Below, piece by piece: positions 39,501-52,470 of a stretch of DNA of 64,000 bases. The notes beneath the pieces are model-generated. The model made no database searches, had not been told where the DNA came from, and saw nothing but the letters and a program-made list of their open reading frames with translations. Numbering within the stretch: position 1 is the stretch's first letter; each line of letters begins with the position of its first letter. Source of the DNA: Phoronis australis (lineage: Eukaryota; Animalia; Phoronida); the NCBI GenBank assembly GCA_002633005.1, contig NMRA01000004.1, forward strand, positions 2,273,935 through 2,337,934. Reading direction: 5' to 3'. A program made the position numbers and the translations under genes.

Positions 39501-41398
39501 CTGAAAACTGCCCAGAGGTTTCCTATCTAGAAATGAGCGTTTTACCCTTATACACAGAAACAATCAGAGGTCAGCATGAAGTACATGTATTTCATGTGTT
39601 GGCGGGTCATAACAAGATCGCGACTGCTGAACGTGTTCGAGCACTGCCACGGTTTACGTTGGGGGTATTTTGAATACACGAGACTGCTCTGATGAGCCGC
39701 TGTAGTGTTTGCAAATAGGTACGTGGAACGTAAACTGTTTACTCGATCGGAGATTCGTAAAAAAACTATTATAAATGCGCGATTTAAACAATCATAGTTG
39801 CTGAAATTGTAGTCACCGTCGGAACGGGATTTTCATTTAGAACCTTAATGAAACTTCGACGTTTCGGAATTTGAATGAATCCAACTGTGGTTTAAAACGC
39901 ATTTAATTACCCGATCTCACTTTTCAGCTGAGGAGGGATGTGCAGATTTGCAGTGTGTATACAGACTGCGGTCTAATTTGCCCGACCCCTTCACAATACT
40001 GGAAAAATTCCGAATATGAAACTTCTACGTTACACCGTATTTGTACGAGATTGCATTAAAGGCAATTCTATACTTAGGTCAACCAAAAATCAAATACTTC
40101 ACAATACAACAATTAACGTTAGCGGCAATGAATGCATTTAATACATTTGGTGTGTAGCGTCAGGCGTAATTAAAAACGTTAGCTGACGAATAGTTGTAAA
40201 GAAACAACTAAAGGTTCTACTCCAAGCATGAGGAAAAATGTTTTTTTAGAGATGCGCCGCGCATGGCGTAAGAGAACAACACTTGTGCAGTACCTGTTTT
40301 AGCTGAAGACTCCCTGTGCGTGTATACATTCATACATGTATCCACCGAATGCATTTATGTGAGAATGTTTTGAATAAAAGCGAATCAGGAACTACGCTAC
40401 TGGCGAAAACGCCAATAAGATTCAGGGAATAGACACGGTTGTGCAAGTGCCTTCCTCAAGTCACCTACGCGTTGTCATGGCAATGCTTTGCATGTCCAAA
40501 ATAAACATGCTTATACTTTTAAACGGAAGCTCGGCTCATATCGGCAACAATTGGAAAACATTAAAAATACACCCACCTTAAAGTAAGTCGAGGTCAAATG
40601 TCGTACTTTTCGAATTCCATATGCGCGAAAAAGCTTGTCGCTACATGTAAATCACCACCACCGACAAGATTAAAACATATGGCTCGTGCACCAAAAACAT
40701 TTCATAATGCAAGAAATTCAGTGACTTTTAAGTACGACAAGGTTTACTGGCAATGTCAGCAACACAATTTGCTCTCACGTGCATTATGTTTCTGTATCTC
40801 TGTCCTCCGAGACCCTTATGGTTATAATACGTTTACAAAACGCTATAATTACACCGTGCCGAGGGTAACACTTGACATCATATTTCATAACATAGAACAG
40901 TCGTTGTAATCAATTTCAGTTTAGCTAACTGTGCGTGATGAATTTTCGGATCAATGGTCGCGCTGCAAGTCACAATGAAGTGCGCATGCTCACCGACGAC
41001 GAAAGTATTTGTTCCTGCTTCGATATCCCCACGGACTACACATAGCTAAAGGCTATAAACATAGGTAAGTTAGTTAAACGCTGCTTTTAACCAATGCAAG
41101 AGATAATGAGGAACATTCTGACGACACGTCACACAAACTGGATATAATACTCAAACAGACTCACTTTTTTGTACACCCCACCGTGCAGTGGTGTACACAC
41201 AAAGCATATTATCACAATACACCCTGTTCTACGCCAATTTAGATCATGGCTTCCTCAGAACTTGGAAATAGCCAGGCACATGTGTCTACAGATACACTTG
41301 TATATCTAACTCTGAGTCTACAATTTATTACAGAGACAAGCGTGGGCGCCAATTTGAGTAAGCCAAGGATGCAAGCACTAAAGTATCAAGTAGGCAGA

Positions 41399-41730
41399 NN
41401 NNNNNNNNNNNNNNNNNNNNNNNNNNNNNNNNNNNNNNNNNNNNNNNNNNNNNNNNNNNNNNNNNNNNNNNNNNNNNNNNNNNNNNNNNNNNNNNNNNNN
41501 NNNNNNNNNNNNNNNNNNNNNNNNNNNNNNNNNNNNNNNNNNNNNNNNNNNNNNNNNNNNNNNNNNNNNNNNNNNNNNNNNNNNNNNNNNNNNNNNNNNN
41601 NNNNNNNNNNNNNNNNNNNNNNNNNNNNNNNNNNNNNNNNNNNNNNNNNNNNNNNNNNNNNNNNNNNNNNNNNNNNNNNNNNNNNNNNNNNNNNNNNNNN
41701 NNNNNNNNNNNNNNNNNNNNNNNNNNNNNN
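41399..41730. other. Assembly gap (N run)
   Basis: Run of n. Confidence 1.

Positions 41731-41789
<59 letters not shown>
41731..41789. repeat. (CA)n microsatellite abutting the gap
   Basis: Direct observation. Confidence 0.98.
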
Positions 41790-41790
<1 letters not shown>

Positions 41791-41849
41791 TTCTTGTGAA
41801 AACAACACTCATAGCCTACATATCGGAAAGTCCCTCACGTTTTTTAAAA

Positions 41850-43090
41850 GGAAAGCATTATGTCATGACTCTTTAACTACGCGGGCACTGCCACTATTAT
41901 CTGCTTCAGAGTCATTAACTGAAATGGAATATTGATATCTGTTGTCATTTATGATTTCTATCTTTCGTCACTGACATTTTTGAAGATGGTGTAAACTACC
42001 ACACCATCACAAAAGATTGAAAAGTAAACAATAAATTGCCATTATTTTTACAACTTTTTTTCTTAAAGCAGATCCTCTTATAAACAAGAACAGTCATCCA
42101 TCAGTTTTACAGTTAACTACATACTGAATTTCAAAAATTAATTATGCAAAAATTCTCTAGTTTGGGACAGTGAATAATTTTTTTGATCGAAGTCGGAGCT
42201 TGTCCCAATTTTTTATAAATTCACACAATTGTCTGTTAGAAATTCAAGGAGAATGGTAGGAATTTATTAAATGTTTGTCATGAGAGTCACTTTTTATGAA
42301 CTTACAGGAGTATTCTTGCAACCTGCTATGCTGCAACATAGCGTTAGGAATTTGAAAAGTACGAAAATATACAAATCACTCACGCCTCAAATTTCAGGAT
42401 GAAAAAATTTAGGACGCTGTCTCAATCTGGAGAATTTTTAATGTAATGTATCACCGATCTAATTGCTATCATCAACTATGTCACCTTTGCTAAAAATATG
42501 TGTTAGAAACAATTATAAGCTATAAATATGATCAATCTGAAATATGTTCAAACATACACCATTGCCAGCATGATGAGGATTTTTGGCAAACATCTACATG
42601 TTTCCTATACATTATGGCTACAGTGAAGTCATTCTTAGTCACAGCAATATGAAGTGAATGACACACAGAAGTGGTAGCCCATAAGGACGATTTTCAACTT
42701 CTTTCACAATTTTCCAAAGCTTGTCTTCCAGGTCCCTCATGGGAAGTCTAAGCACACTTTTTCTGAAGTTTTGCAAAGATCATCCAAAGATGTATTGATT
42801 TTAAACAACAGTTTCCGATCAAGTTGCTCAGTTGAGTCTTTAGACACGGTTGACAGGACAGGGTTGGATTGTTGATAATCTTCAGACACTGAATACCCAT
42901 GGTCAACTAACACGGACTCAAAATTTAACAATCTCTTTGCTCCTATTGGCTTCTTCGAAACAGATGGCGAATCAATTAGTACATATGTACATGTTTCTGT
43001 CGATCTTCAGACTGAGCAATGAGAATGCTGAAATCCATTCTTGCTGATTTCTGCAGCTGTGTGAGTTTTGAACAAAACGGAACGCATGTG
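41850..43090 (-). pseudogene. Degenerate, intron-containing coding remnant, probably transposon-derived (family not assigned)
   Basis: Protein-like fragments across stops and frameshifts (PYGLPLLCVIH, IGNM*MFAKNPHHAG, SRLRQRPKFFHPEI, ISNRQLCEFIKNWDKL, LYKEDL) with GT/AG-like boundaries. Confidence 0.35.
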
Positions 43091-46000
43091 CTGCAGATAA
43101 ACAAAGGCCTAGTGTCCAGCAAATAATTGTTAAATTGAATGTAAATGAGTTAAAAAAAATTCAAGTACCTCTGCTTTAACATTTTTTAACTTTGTATGCG
43201 TGAGAGTCAGAGAATAACAGTTTGTCACATAATATGCATGTCTTTGACTTTGCCTTTTGCAGTGGAGTATTACAGTTCACCATCTGAAATTAAATATACG
43301 TAAACACCAAAGGCTCTCAATTTTTACTAGCATGACTGATGTGCCTCCTAGAATTATCTGTGTTCAAGTGAGTTGACTTACGGCTGTAAAATTTTAATCA
43401 AGCTGATCAATTTTAGTACTGCAGTTGGGAAATATATTTAATCAAAATTTTGCAGAAATTCCATAGTTACAGAATTACAAAATATGACTCTGCTCGGATA
43501 TAATGGTCCCTGATATGGATAACAAGTTTCATCCACTGATAGTAACATACGCCTTAAAATTTAAGGCGATTTATGCCTCACACTCGCGGGCGCGGTGAAA
43601 ATAGGTGGGCGCGCAGTGTAAAACTGGCCAGTTGACAATTTGGGCAACTGAACCAAGGACTGATTGAAGAAAAAATTACATTACAGGAGTATTTGTTTGA
43701 TTTGGAAGAAATTAAAGACATCAATGGGTACCTAAGGTGTCCCTCTATGAGCAAGAGGTACTTAAACCACATGACTTTCATGTTTTAATTAGTGTGAGGC
43801 ATACGTCACCAGAAATCTATCAGTGTATGAAACTCCCAGAGGAGCTTCACTGTCTCTACTGGGGCCAGCTAGAGACGGTGGTCACTATCTAATCCACTGA
43901 ATAACAGGAATGTTATTCAGTTGTTACATTCATCAACTTTTTGACCATGTCCTTGTCCTGTTATTTTTTCCCATTTTTTCCTGGTATAAAGTGACCAACA
44001 ACACGTGTATTCGCCTGGTCAAGTCTAGACATTTGCTGTTACTGGTTACTTAATTTAGAAAACTATAGCAGCGTCATGAACATTGATATTAAACAAAATT
44101 TAGTCATGTTGTTGATAACGTGTCATTGATACGAAGAAATGTATGGTCACGTGGCCCAGTTAATCACATATTTAAAAATTATGCAAACGTCAAATTCTTC
44201 CGGATTTTCAGTGGAAGAAAAAAAATATTTTTTGACTTGAAATCATCCTGCTTGGCGTTGTCCATAACGCCTTGTTTGAAGCAAATTGCATTGTCAATGG
44301 TACTGTAAGTCTAATGTACATGTATTAGGCTCTCAATGGCTCAATACAGTCTTCGATGTAGCTGGATGGAGATTCTGATAATTTCAAGAAAATCAGTAAT
44401 ATGTTCTAAAAAGTCAAAAACAGCAAAGGAAATCGAGATGGTGAACTAAAAATTGGGTGTGTATTGAGCAATGATGAATTTTATAAAGAGAGAGGTGTTC
44501 CTACTAGTACGTAGTTACCGGTAATTTCCGTAACTAAATCCATGGACGTGTATTAAAAAAATTTCAGGCGTTTTAGCAACACCAAATAATCGCTCGGGCA
44601 TTTTATGGGAAAAAAAGGGGGGGTGTCATGTAAACGGAAAATCAAAGTTTTGTGGACTTTGGCATATTTTACTTAAACCTGCGTTTTTAAATTTTATGTT
44701 AATAAATGCAGTGCCGACAACGTGTTCGTTTTCACAAATAATGAATGCTGCACAAAACTGAATTTGGGACAAAAATGATGCTGAAAAGGCATTTATGATT
44801 AAAATTTCAATATAAACGCCGCACTGTCTGGACACTTGACACCACAAGTTGAACGCCTGCGGGCATTTATTCGGTATAACTTTCCCAATAAACGCCCACG
44901 GGCGTTTCATCGGGTGGGTTAATTTGTGGAAAATCCCATTAACGCCTACATGCGATATGATTCAAAAAATCTTTGACAGACTTTATAAGAAATGGACTTT
45001 TTTGAAAGTTGGCAAGGTTATTTGAAAATGTTGGCATTTTTTGCAGAAAATCTAGTGTAGATGTTTAAAAAGTCTTGACAAAATTTAAAAAAGGTTGGCA
45101 TAATTTTCAAAATTAGTGGCAACTTTTTAATTTTTGATCTTGAAGAGGAAATAAAGTCTATGTTTCATGGCCCGTTGGAATCCCATAATTTGCACATGCT
45201 ATTCATTTGTTGCCAATGTTTCAATACATCAAGCTCTCATCCACTGAAAGACCACGGATACCATGCGGGCAGAGATTTATGTTATTTGTGATGAGCATTG
45301 TTATCTACTTTGAGTCCTATTGATATTGGCGTTGTTTTCCTAAGAAGTGGGAGGTATTAATAGCGTTTGGGCTAACATCACACGAGTGCTTTGACAGTGG
45401 TCGCCGCTACGTTGATTAGAAATTTTGAGTTCTATCCACGGAATTGCATTGCTGTTGGAAAAATGATCTGCGCATGCCAAAACTAAACACCTATCATTGC
45501 CACAAATTCTGTGTGTATCAGGTTTTGACATCCCCCAATAATTGTCCATTCACTTCAGCAAAGAAATATCACGTTGTGCACTGAGTTTCCCGAGTTCCAA
45601 GTTTGACGGATTGAAAAATATGATTTCACGTGCATCCTTTACCGGTTAGTGATAAATATATTTACCCTACCCTTCGATGGCGGACTTTATTAGCGATGGG
45701 TACCTTTTTGTCATTTCTCCTCATAATGATTCCTTTTGCGGTTACGTAAAATTAAATATTTGATTCTTTTTTAGGCTAGTTTCTTTGCAGAGTTCCCGCT
45801 TAAACGGAACTGGGACCTCAATGAAAGTGTAAAATGTAATATTTAGTCGTTTATTCTTGCTTTTTCGAAATCGCCTGCATCAGGCCCCTTGATGGCGAAA
45901 ACCCACTATCACCCGTATGCAAAAGCACATTGTTAGTATTTCGTCCGAAACTCAAGCAACTGTATGTTTTCGAGTGTGAATTGTCGACGCCATTTTAACT

Positions 46001-48019
46001 GGGTTACATTTTTGACTTTTTGTCACATACATTGTGCACACGTTCATACTACAAACTATGGCGTTCGTGCTTGATAAAAATATTTATACTTGGGATATCA
46101 TAATTACGTTCATTGCCCTCTCATTAAAACGTTGTGTTCGTCTCGAAATATATAGATGCATATAGCTCGCAACTGTCTTTCCATTAATGATATTATTTTC
46201 CGTAACTAGGAGTGTGGTCATTTACAACACTCTGCCATGCTCGTGGTCACGTGACAATGTGTATTTTGGCAAACACTTTTGGAATAGTCAGTGCCAGAGA
46301 AAAAGTCCTTTAATCACCATTTATCAAATTGTCTCATTTTAACATCTAAAACCGTGTCTGGAAGTTTCCATAACTAACGCCTATGTACATATACTGTATT
46401 TTACGGCAAACATGTGTGCAGAAAAATAAGAATTTCCCACTACAATACATGTACGATTCTTTATTTTGAATTGAACAAAAACAATAACAATAAGTTCTCA
46501 ATACAAAAATCTGAGACGAGGTTTTCACATTAAATCCCTTTGCTGTCAAAAAACCCAACACAATTAAATCGACGGACTCATTCATCGTATTCCGAATTTT
46601 GAAGTCGATCGTCACTCAAACAGAAATCGCTGAAAAAACTTGTGTGAACAGTCGGGTGCTCACAGTTATGTATTTGATATATGATCCAAACTACACTTTA
46701 CGGTCATCACAGTCGTTGTGTAATATGTTCGACGTTAGCCTTTTAGTTTATTTTTCAAAAACAAAGCTCAGTTTATCAAAACAGAGGAAGTAGTTAGCGT
46801 ATTTTACCGCAATGAGTAATCAACGTATTTTGATGCTTAAACTTGAAGCGCGTAATCCAATGAAGCTGATCACGTGATTCACTGTTCGCCCGTCTACATG
46901 CATGTTGATATAGCTCAGCAGGTCACCATTTAGAAATCACAGACGACGTCGTGCTTGTCACAAAAACCCTAAAAAAGCTGCCCAGAAATATTCGGCAAGA
47001 ACAATTATGGGGCAACATGTAAGAAATTGGCTAATACTTGCAACAATGTAATGAGGCTGTGTTAAACCCGGAGTTTTCTAACCCAGACGACTCAGAGTTT
47101 CAGTAGTAGGCAAACTTCAGAATTTAGCAGGAGTATGAGGGGATAAGTTACAAGAGATTCCGTGCCAAAGTTGACATGGAGATCTAGCTTTAATGAGGGA
47201 GAAGGAGAGCCCGTTGCCACGCCGCCTATTTCTTCAGAGAAATAATTGCCACACGTAATGTGGTAGTTCTACTTGACGTCTACATCAGTGTATGTTTTGC
47301 GCAATTTGTGTTGTTGCTATGCCGGCGACACTTTTGCTGTTTTCGATATCGGGTTTTAGCTGAAAAATGTTGATATTTCATCAATGACATCGTATTATTC
47401 GCTTCACAAGTAAGTACGAAAACAATTCTAGTAATCATATTTGTCTGTATTAATAACACGTCTTCATAATAGGTCTGCCAGTTATTCGGTATACAGGAAA
47501 CCAACTTCCTCAGGTCCCAATACAAAATGCTGCAGATTGAAACAAATTCTGTACAGAGGTGCTAACACGCCTTCTCACAGAGGAAGACAACAGTTTACCA
47601 TGTCATTTTTAGTAAAAATACGGTTCGTTGATTATCCCAAACAAATGGTTCAGTTAATTACGGCTTTCCGTAATTTTATTAATTAGTCGTGCACTACTCC
47701 GGAAATGACGTTTAGGGGATTAAGAATTTCCCGTCATTTTGTTTCTAGTGAGTTTACTGTGAGGATTTGTTCTACTGTTATCCTGATGCAGGGTTTCCTA
47801 AAATTGTCGTCACCACTTCCCATCGACGAGTGCTCTGCTACAAGTTGTTAAAGAACTCAATTACGTTGAATTTAGGAATCTTTCAATGTGTAATAGTAGC
47901 CTGAAAATGGCTCGAGTCGGCGACCCATATTACAGACACAGTGACGTCAATGACGGAGACATTGTTCAAAGCTGTGGAGAGATGAGGAATTTTTTCACGA
48001 ACAGTCAGTGAGTGGGCAG

Positions 48020-48175
48020 ATGTTTGAGCCCGAGTATAGTGAGGCAGAATACGCATAGACAGCCGTTGAGAGGGATGAGGCAGAAACTGAGCACATACGT
48101 GATGGGGTGTCATGGTGCAAATACACTGTGTGCACTGTTATGCCGACCTCAATGGAATGCCTATGCTGTTCCTAC
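48020..48175 (+). pseudogene. KolX / P2X7 cytoplasmic Cys-rich (ballast)-like remnant
   Basis: MFEPEYSEAE*...WCKYTVCTVMPTSMECLCC fits the (Y/M)FEPE...WCxCxxCxxMPTxxECxCC signature; contains an in-frame stop. Confidence 0.7.
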
Positions 48176-48691
48176 TGGATGGTGAGCAGCCAAACCGTTC
48201 CATCCAGACGTGTGACTCCCTCGATCGACACACGTCTGGCACTTTCTAAATAGCCAGAAGTCCACAATAAACTCATCAAAGTTTGGCTCACCGGCCTGAT
48301 CACTAGACAACAAAGTGTTCTCCCCACTGGGTGTCAAATTTGGCCTGTATTCATTTCCACTACTCAGCATCGCTGCAGGGCTGCTCACAATCGCTGAGCT
48401 GGAACCAACACCATCACTGGGCGAATCACTTCTAGTTCCAGTCCCGGCCGGGGGAGGGTACGTTCGGGGCCACGGATGACAGGAGATCAAGCCCCTCCAG
48501 TCACTATAGAGGACACTACAGCTCGCGAGGCTACTCGCTTCAAAAGTGAACTTTCCGGGGGATGGCGACTGGGCACTGCCGGAAAACGACAGTATGGGAC
48601 CTTTGTTCAGGCACTGTTTTGCACAAACCTTCATCAATTCAACGTACATATCGCTTTCGTAATCCAACGGCAGAGAATGCTTGCCGATAAT

Positions 48692-50659
48692 AGCGGAGTT
48701 GCAACGCCGCCATATTGGAAATGGGTCAGAATGTTGCATTGTGGTTAAGCCGGTAAACAAGTACGTCGGCAAGTGTGGGGGCGAACCGGCCACAGGGAGG
48801 TTATACGTGTTGTGTGCCTGGCATGCTATAATACCAGTTAGCGAAATAAAAAAAAAATAGTTACTACCTGCCTGTTTCCCAAGGATCAAGAACTGCGTTA
48901 AACATGGGTCAGAGACATCGGTAGAGCTGGTAGCAAAGGCCGACTTCGTGAATTCTTTCCGACTTCGTAGCATAAAGTGTGCAGCGCTCATTTTGAGGGC
49001 GGCAAGAAAACGTATCTTAGAAACTGCCCAACAATATCTCCCTTCAAAGAAACAGTAACAAATACTCCACGGCGGTTGGTAGTGAAAAAAAAAATTGTTT
49101 TCGCTTGACCAGAACCAAGCCAACATGAGCAATTTTGAGGATAATGCCTCTGCACAATCACCTGTTCTGGGTCGACTCACTTAACGTATGCACACTATAT
49201 GCATTACGCGCTAAGATAAAGCGTGCAGATTATTATTATTTACTTTCTACAAAATTGTGGTACATTGCTATCAAAATTCGTTGTTAAATTACGATCATTT
49301 TTCATAAAATTTTGTTGAAGTTCCAGGGCGAAATCTTGCCGACAAATGCGTAGCTGCTGGTCTCGCAATCGTCGATAGGGCTTGAATTCTTAAATAAGAA
49401 TACAGCTTTGACTCAACAAATTACCTGAAATCCTCCTCAAGTTTTCCAAATAGCGTCTCTAAGATTTTTAAGTTCTTGTGAAGTCTGGATTAACTGCAGA
49501 TTAAGTCCAAATCTACGCTAGATTGTAGCACGCAACCCGAGAAAAATCTCTGTGGGAACACATGTTGTTGTCACGTGACGTTTGTTTTGAAGTTTGTATG
49601 CGTGTGTGTGAGAGTAAGCGTGCGTGTGCTTGTCAGAGTTCATTTGCCAGAGTAATGTAATGATCTAGGTGTGCATTGTATCCAAAAAAAAAAAAATCAA
49701 GCAGTCAAGCAGAGCGTGTTTTAATATTTACGACTTAGCACTTGCTGGCCTCATCTGCTAAAAACGTTCGAGAATTTTTTCGGTAAGACCGACATGTCAC
49801 TCATTGAGTCGCCGGGTGAGTGGATGCGTGACCGTAGTGTAACAGCTATTTCCCGGAAGATTTGGGGTGTAAGGGTGCGAAGTGGGTCATTTTGACCTTA
49901 AAAACACCAATTATGATTAGTTAAATAATTTCTCTTAAAAATAATGCAGAAGCTTTTTACGGTATTGGAAACTTTCGGAAATTAGTGCCAATATTTATTT
50001 GCCGATGCTATGTTACCCGATTAATCTTCGATGACAGTCGGTACATTATGCAGCGCGCGCTTCTTGGTCGCGTGCTAACACTGGTCGAGTTTTTTTTTTT
50101 AGTCTTCGATTCACGGTTTTCACATGCACAAAGAAGTTTGAGGCCGGAGAAGATCTGTACTGGAAAGAAACAATGCAATCCCGCTCTTTGACAAGTACGC
50201 TGTGTCTGTTTTCAAAGTCCAGACCCGCGTAGTGGGGCACATCCCTCGCAAGAGCAGCAAAACTTCTGCGTTCTTTTTGAATCGCGGCGTAAGTTTGAAG
50301 TGTATACGGACATAACGGTGAGGCTCGTGGTCCGTTACAAATTCAGGCTGTCGGATCTTTCAATTGATAAATTGGAGACGTTAGAACTGTAGGTAAGGGC
50401 ATTTTTCGCATGTAGTTCATGGGCTGGGCGCTTACTTTAGCAAAGTCTGAAAACGCGTTGGGGCACTTGTTGAGCCATGGGCGCTAATTAGGGCGAATAG
50501 CGGCAGAATTACATACAGCAGCGTAGTTTAATGCACACAAATTACACGTCGTGCAAACCAGTCGGCCATCCCGTTTACCATCAACAATCCCAGTAGCCTT
50601 TGCGCACCCTAATTTCCGGACATGCGCAATCGTTAAATCGATTCGGTTGCAACTCCGCT
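48692..50659 (+). mobile_element. ISL2EU-like (PIF/Harbinger-related) non-autonomous element, perfect 14-bp TIR, AT TSD
   Basis: AT|AGCGGAGTTGCAAC ... GTTGCAACTCCGCT|AT; decayed THAP at 48796-49045 (GGYTCCVPG/CYN...FPKDQELR*TW...HKVCSAHFEGGKKTYLRNCPTI). Confidence 0.75.
50103..50503 (+). mobile_element. HIRAN-domain fragment followed by a pogo/Tc1-like right end
   Basis: SIHGFHMHKEV*...FDKYAVSVFKVQTRVVGHIPRKSSKTSAFFLNRG fits the HIRAN pattern IRGYHVY..W...N..D..AV.....VGH.P; terminal gggcgctaattagggcgaatagcgg. Confidence 0.55.
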
Positions 50660-52129
50660 ATTCTCCACTGCTTTGTACGATGCGAGGACGCAACACTGTG
50701 TTCTTCACACGAACGAGCCAAGTACGGCCGAGCGTGTCATCTCTCAGAAAGCGGTGTAATGGCATACCCAAAGTGCGCTTGAGACAATAATGAGTACACC
50801 CTGTTACGCAGCAACTGTGCGGCATGTTGACTGGCTCGTAAGCAAACGCAAACGACAAGTGAACGCATCACAACTGAGGAATAACAATGACTGACTCGAC
50901 AGCTCGCAGTTACATGTAAATTTCACAAAACAAAATGGCGCAAAATTTTAACCTTGTAAACGTCACTTCCGGAGTAAGGCACGACTAACTAGAAAATTAC
51001 GGGAAGTTATTATTAACTGGGATAGTCAACAAACCGTGTTTTTACTGAAAATGACATGAAAAAGGTCGCCTTCTCATTTAACCGAGCATCAATAATGGTG
51101 GGTTTGTTTGGTGGAATTAACTTTTGAAAATGAGTGTTTGCTCATCAAAAACACGCTGCTATGTAATGTTCTGACAACCACCATGTTGACTGAGGAGAGA
51201 AAAAACCTTCATTGTGATCACGTTACTTGTGAGCCAAATAGAAAACAGAAAATAACATCTTCTTGTAAAGGCACCTAACTGTTAACAATGTGATATGTGT
51301 CTTAAAACCAGTCATCTGTACATAAGACTGTCTCGGTTGAAAAGAAAAACAACGCACTTTGACAGCAATGATGTAGATGATATTTCCAGGGATTCTTTAT
51401 TGCCCCGAAAGCACGGCTTCTCGAACAGCACACAGACCGACAACAGTGTCATCTATTGTCGCGCTGTAAGGGATAAACATTCAAACAAGGTTGTGTGTTG
51501 TGTTCGCGAGGAGTAATCTTCGTTAATGATAATTCACAATTATTTTACTGCTAAATAATATCAAATATAGCTCTATGGAACACAACTTCAATCATTTAGC
51601 TTAAAATTCAAAGAACCTGAAACTCCGACTTTTTAAATATGACTCACCATTTCAAATTTGGTTGAGATCTTTTCAGACATACATGTAGTGGCTCAGGGAT
51701 TTTAAGAATGCTTCAATATTTCTGAAGATGGTGCAAAACATTTCAAACATGAGTGCAATACTGTAGTTTTTCAGGGAGTGGCTACTGCGTGTTTCTTTGG
51801 TATCGTTTTATAAACAAACCCTCCACAAAATGCCCTGAAATACACTTCTGGGTAAGTAACGAATGCACAGTTGTCCAAATACCTGATGATCAAATAAATG
51901 CAAAGGCGAAAACAGCAGTAGTTTGAAGCACTTAATTATTTCAATGGGACGATTGATTTTCCACTTATTTGCATTGCCATTTTACATATACATGCATCAT
52001 AACCAATCTTTTGTAAAAACACGAAACAACTAATTCCAAAAATCTAGCTCTCATGGAAAATAGTCAAAATGTATGTTACGTGAAGGGAATTTTGCCAATG
52101 TTTTCAGAAATGGCGACTCACTAAATCCA

Positions 52130-52470
52130 TCGTCAACAAGCTTCAAGTGTTGGTAAAGAGATGCCTTGGTCGAATCTTACAAATCAAGTGGTCTGACAGA
52201 GTAAGAAATGAAACTGTTTGGAGCAGAGCCAAGCAGGAAGTCATAGAGATCCAGATTAAGAGAAGGATGTGGAGGTGGACTGGTCACGCGCCACGAAAGC
52301 CGAATGCAAATACCACTGAGATGTACTTTAATTGCGACCCCCAAATGATACGGAAGCGAGGCAAAACTGGAGAAATGTCACCTCTGAACACTTCTCTTTT
52401 GGCATGTCATGGGTCGCGATCCGAACAAAAGTTACCAAGCGGATTATATGGCGAGTAGTCATGGTAGCCC
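52130..52470 (+). mobile_element. RTE-clade LINE 3' ORF fragment
   Basis: KLQVLVKRCLGRILQIKWSDRVRNETVW...IEIQIKRRMWRWTGH..RK...DPQ..RKRG, the typical post-RT C-terminus of RTE elements. Confidence 0.8.

Larger units (their letters stand above)
48580..50825 (-). pseudogene. THAP zinc finger of the outer element, split by a 1.97-kb insertion
   Basis: 50825-50662 encodes MPHSCCVTGC...LHRFLRD...WLVRVKN; it resumes at 48689-48580 as GKHSLPLDYESDMYVELM...LNKGPILS (a degenerate CxxHF...AIPS). Confidence 0.7.
47579..51077. mobile_element. Degenerate Kolobok-like DNA transposon (THAP + KolX/P2X7-ballast-like remnants, ~140-bp imperfect TIRs)
   Basis: 47580-47730 is the approximate reverse complement of 50942-51075 (catgtcatttt.agtaaaaa.acggtt.gttga.tatccca...tccgtaatttt...ttagtcgtgc..tactccggaa.tgacgttta). 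The right end abuts TTAA. The convergent ORF remnants are listed below. Confidence 0.7.

Noticed and set aside
30600-41390. Short ORFs (60-152 aa) in the central interval
   Set aside because: No recognisable domains and no consistent exon chain; treated as intergenic or repeat DNA, though small exons or lncRNA cannot be excluded
41246-41935. ORFs of 140-229 aa
   Set aside because: Artefacts of the N gap and the (CA)n repeat
48161-49180. 339-aa ORF as a real gene
   Set aside because: It spans the junction of two nested transposons and is largely antisense to a decayed THAP; only ~35 codons are true (pseudo)coding in this frame
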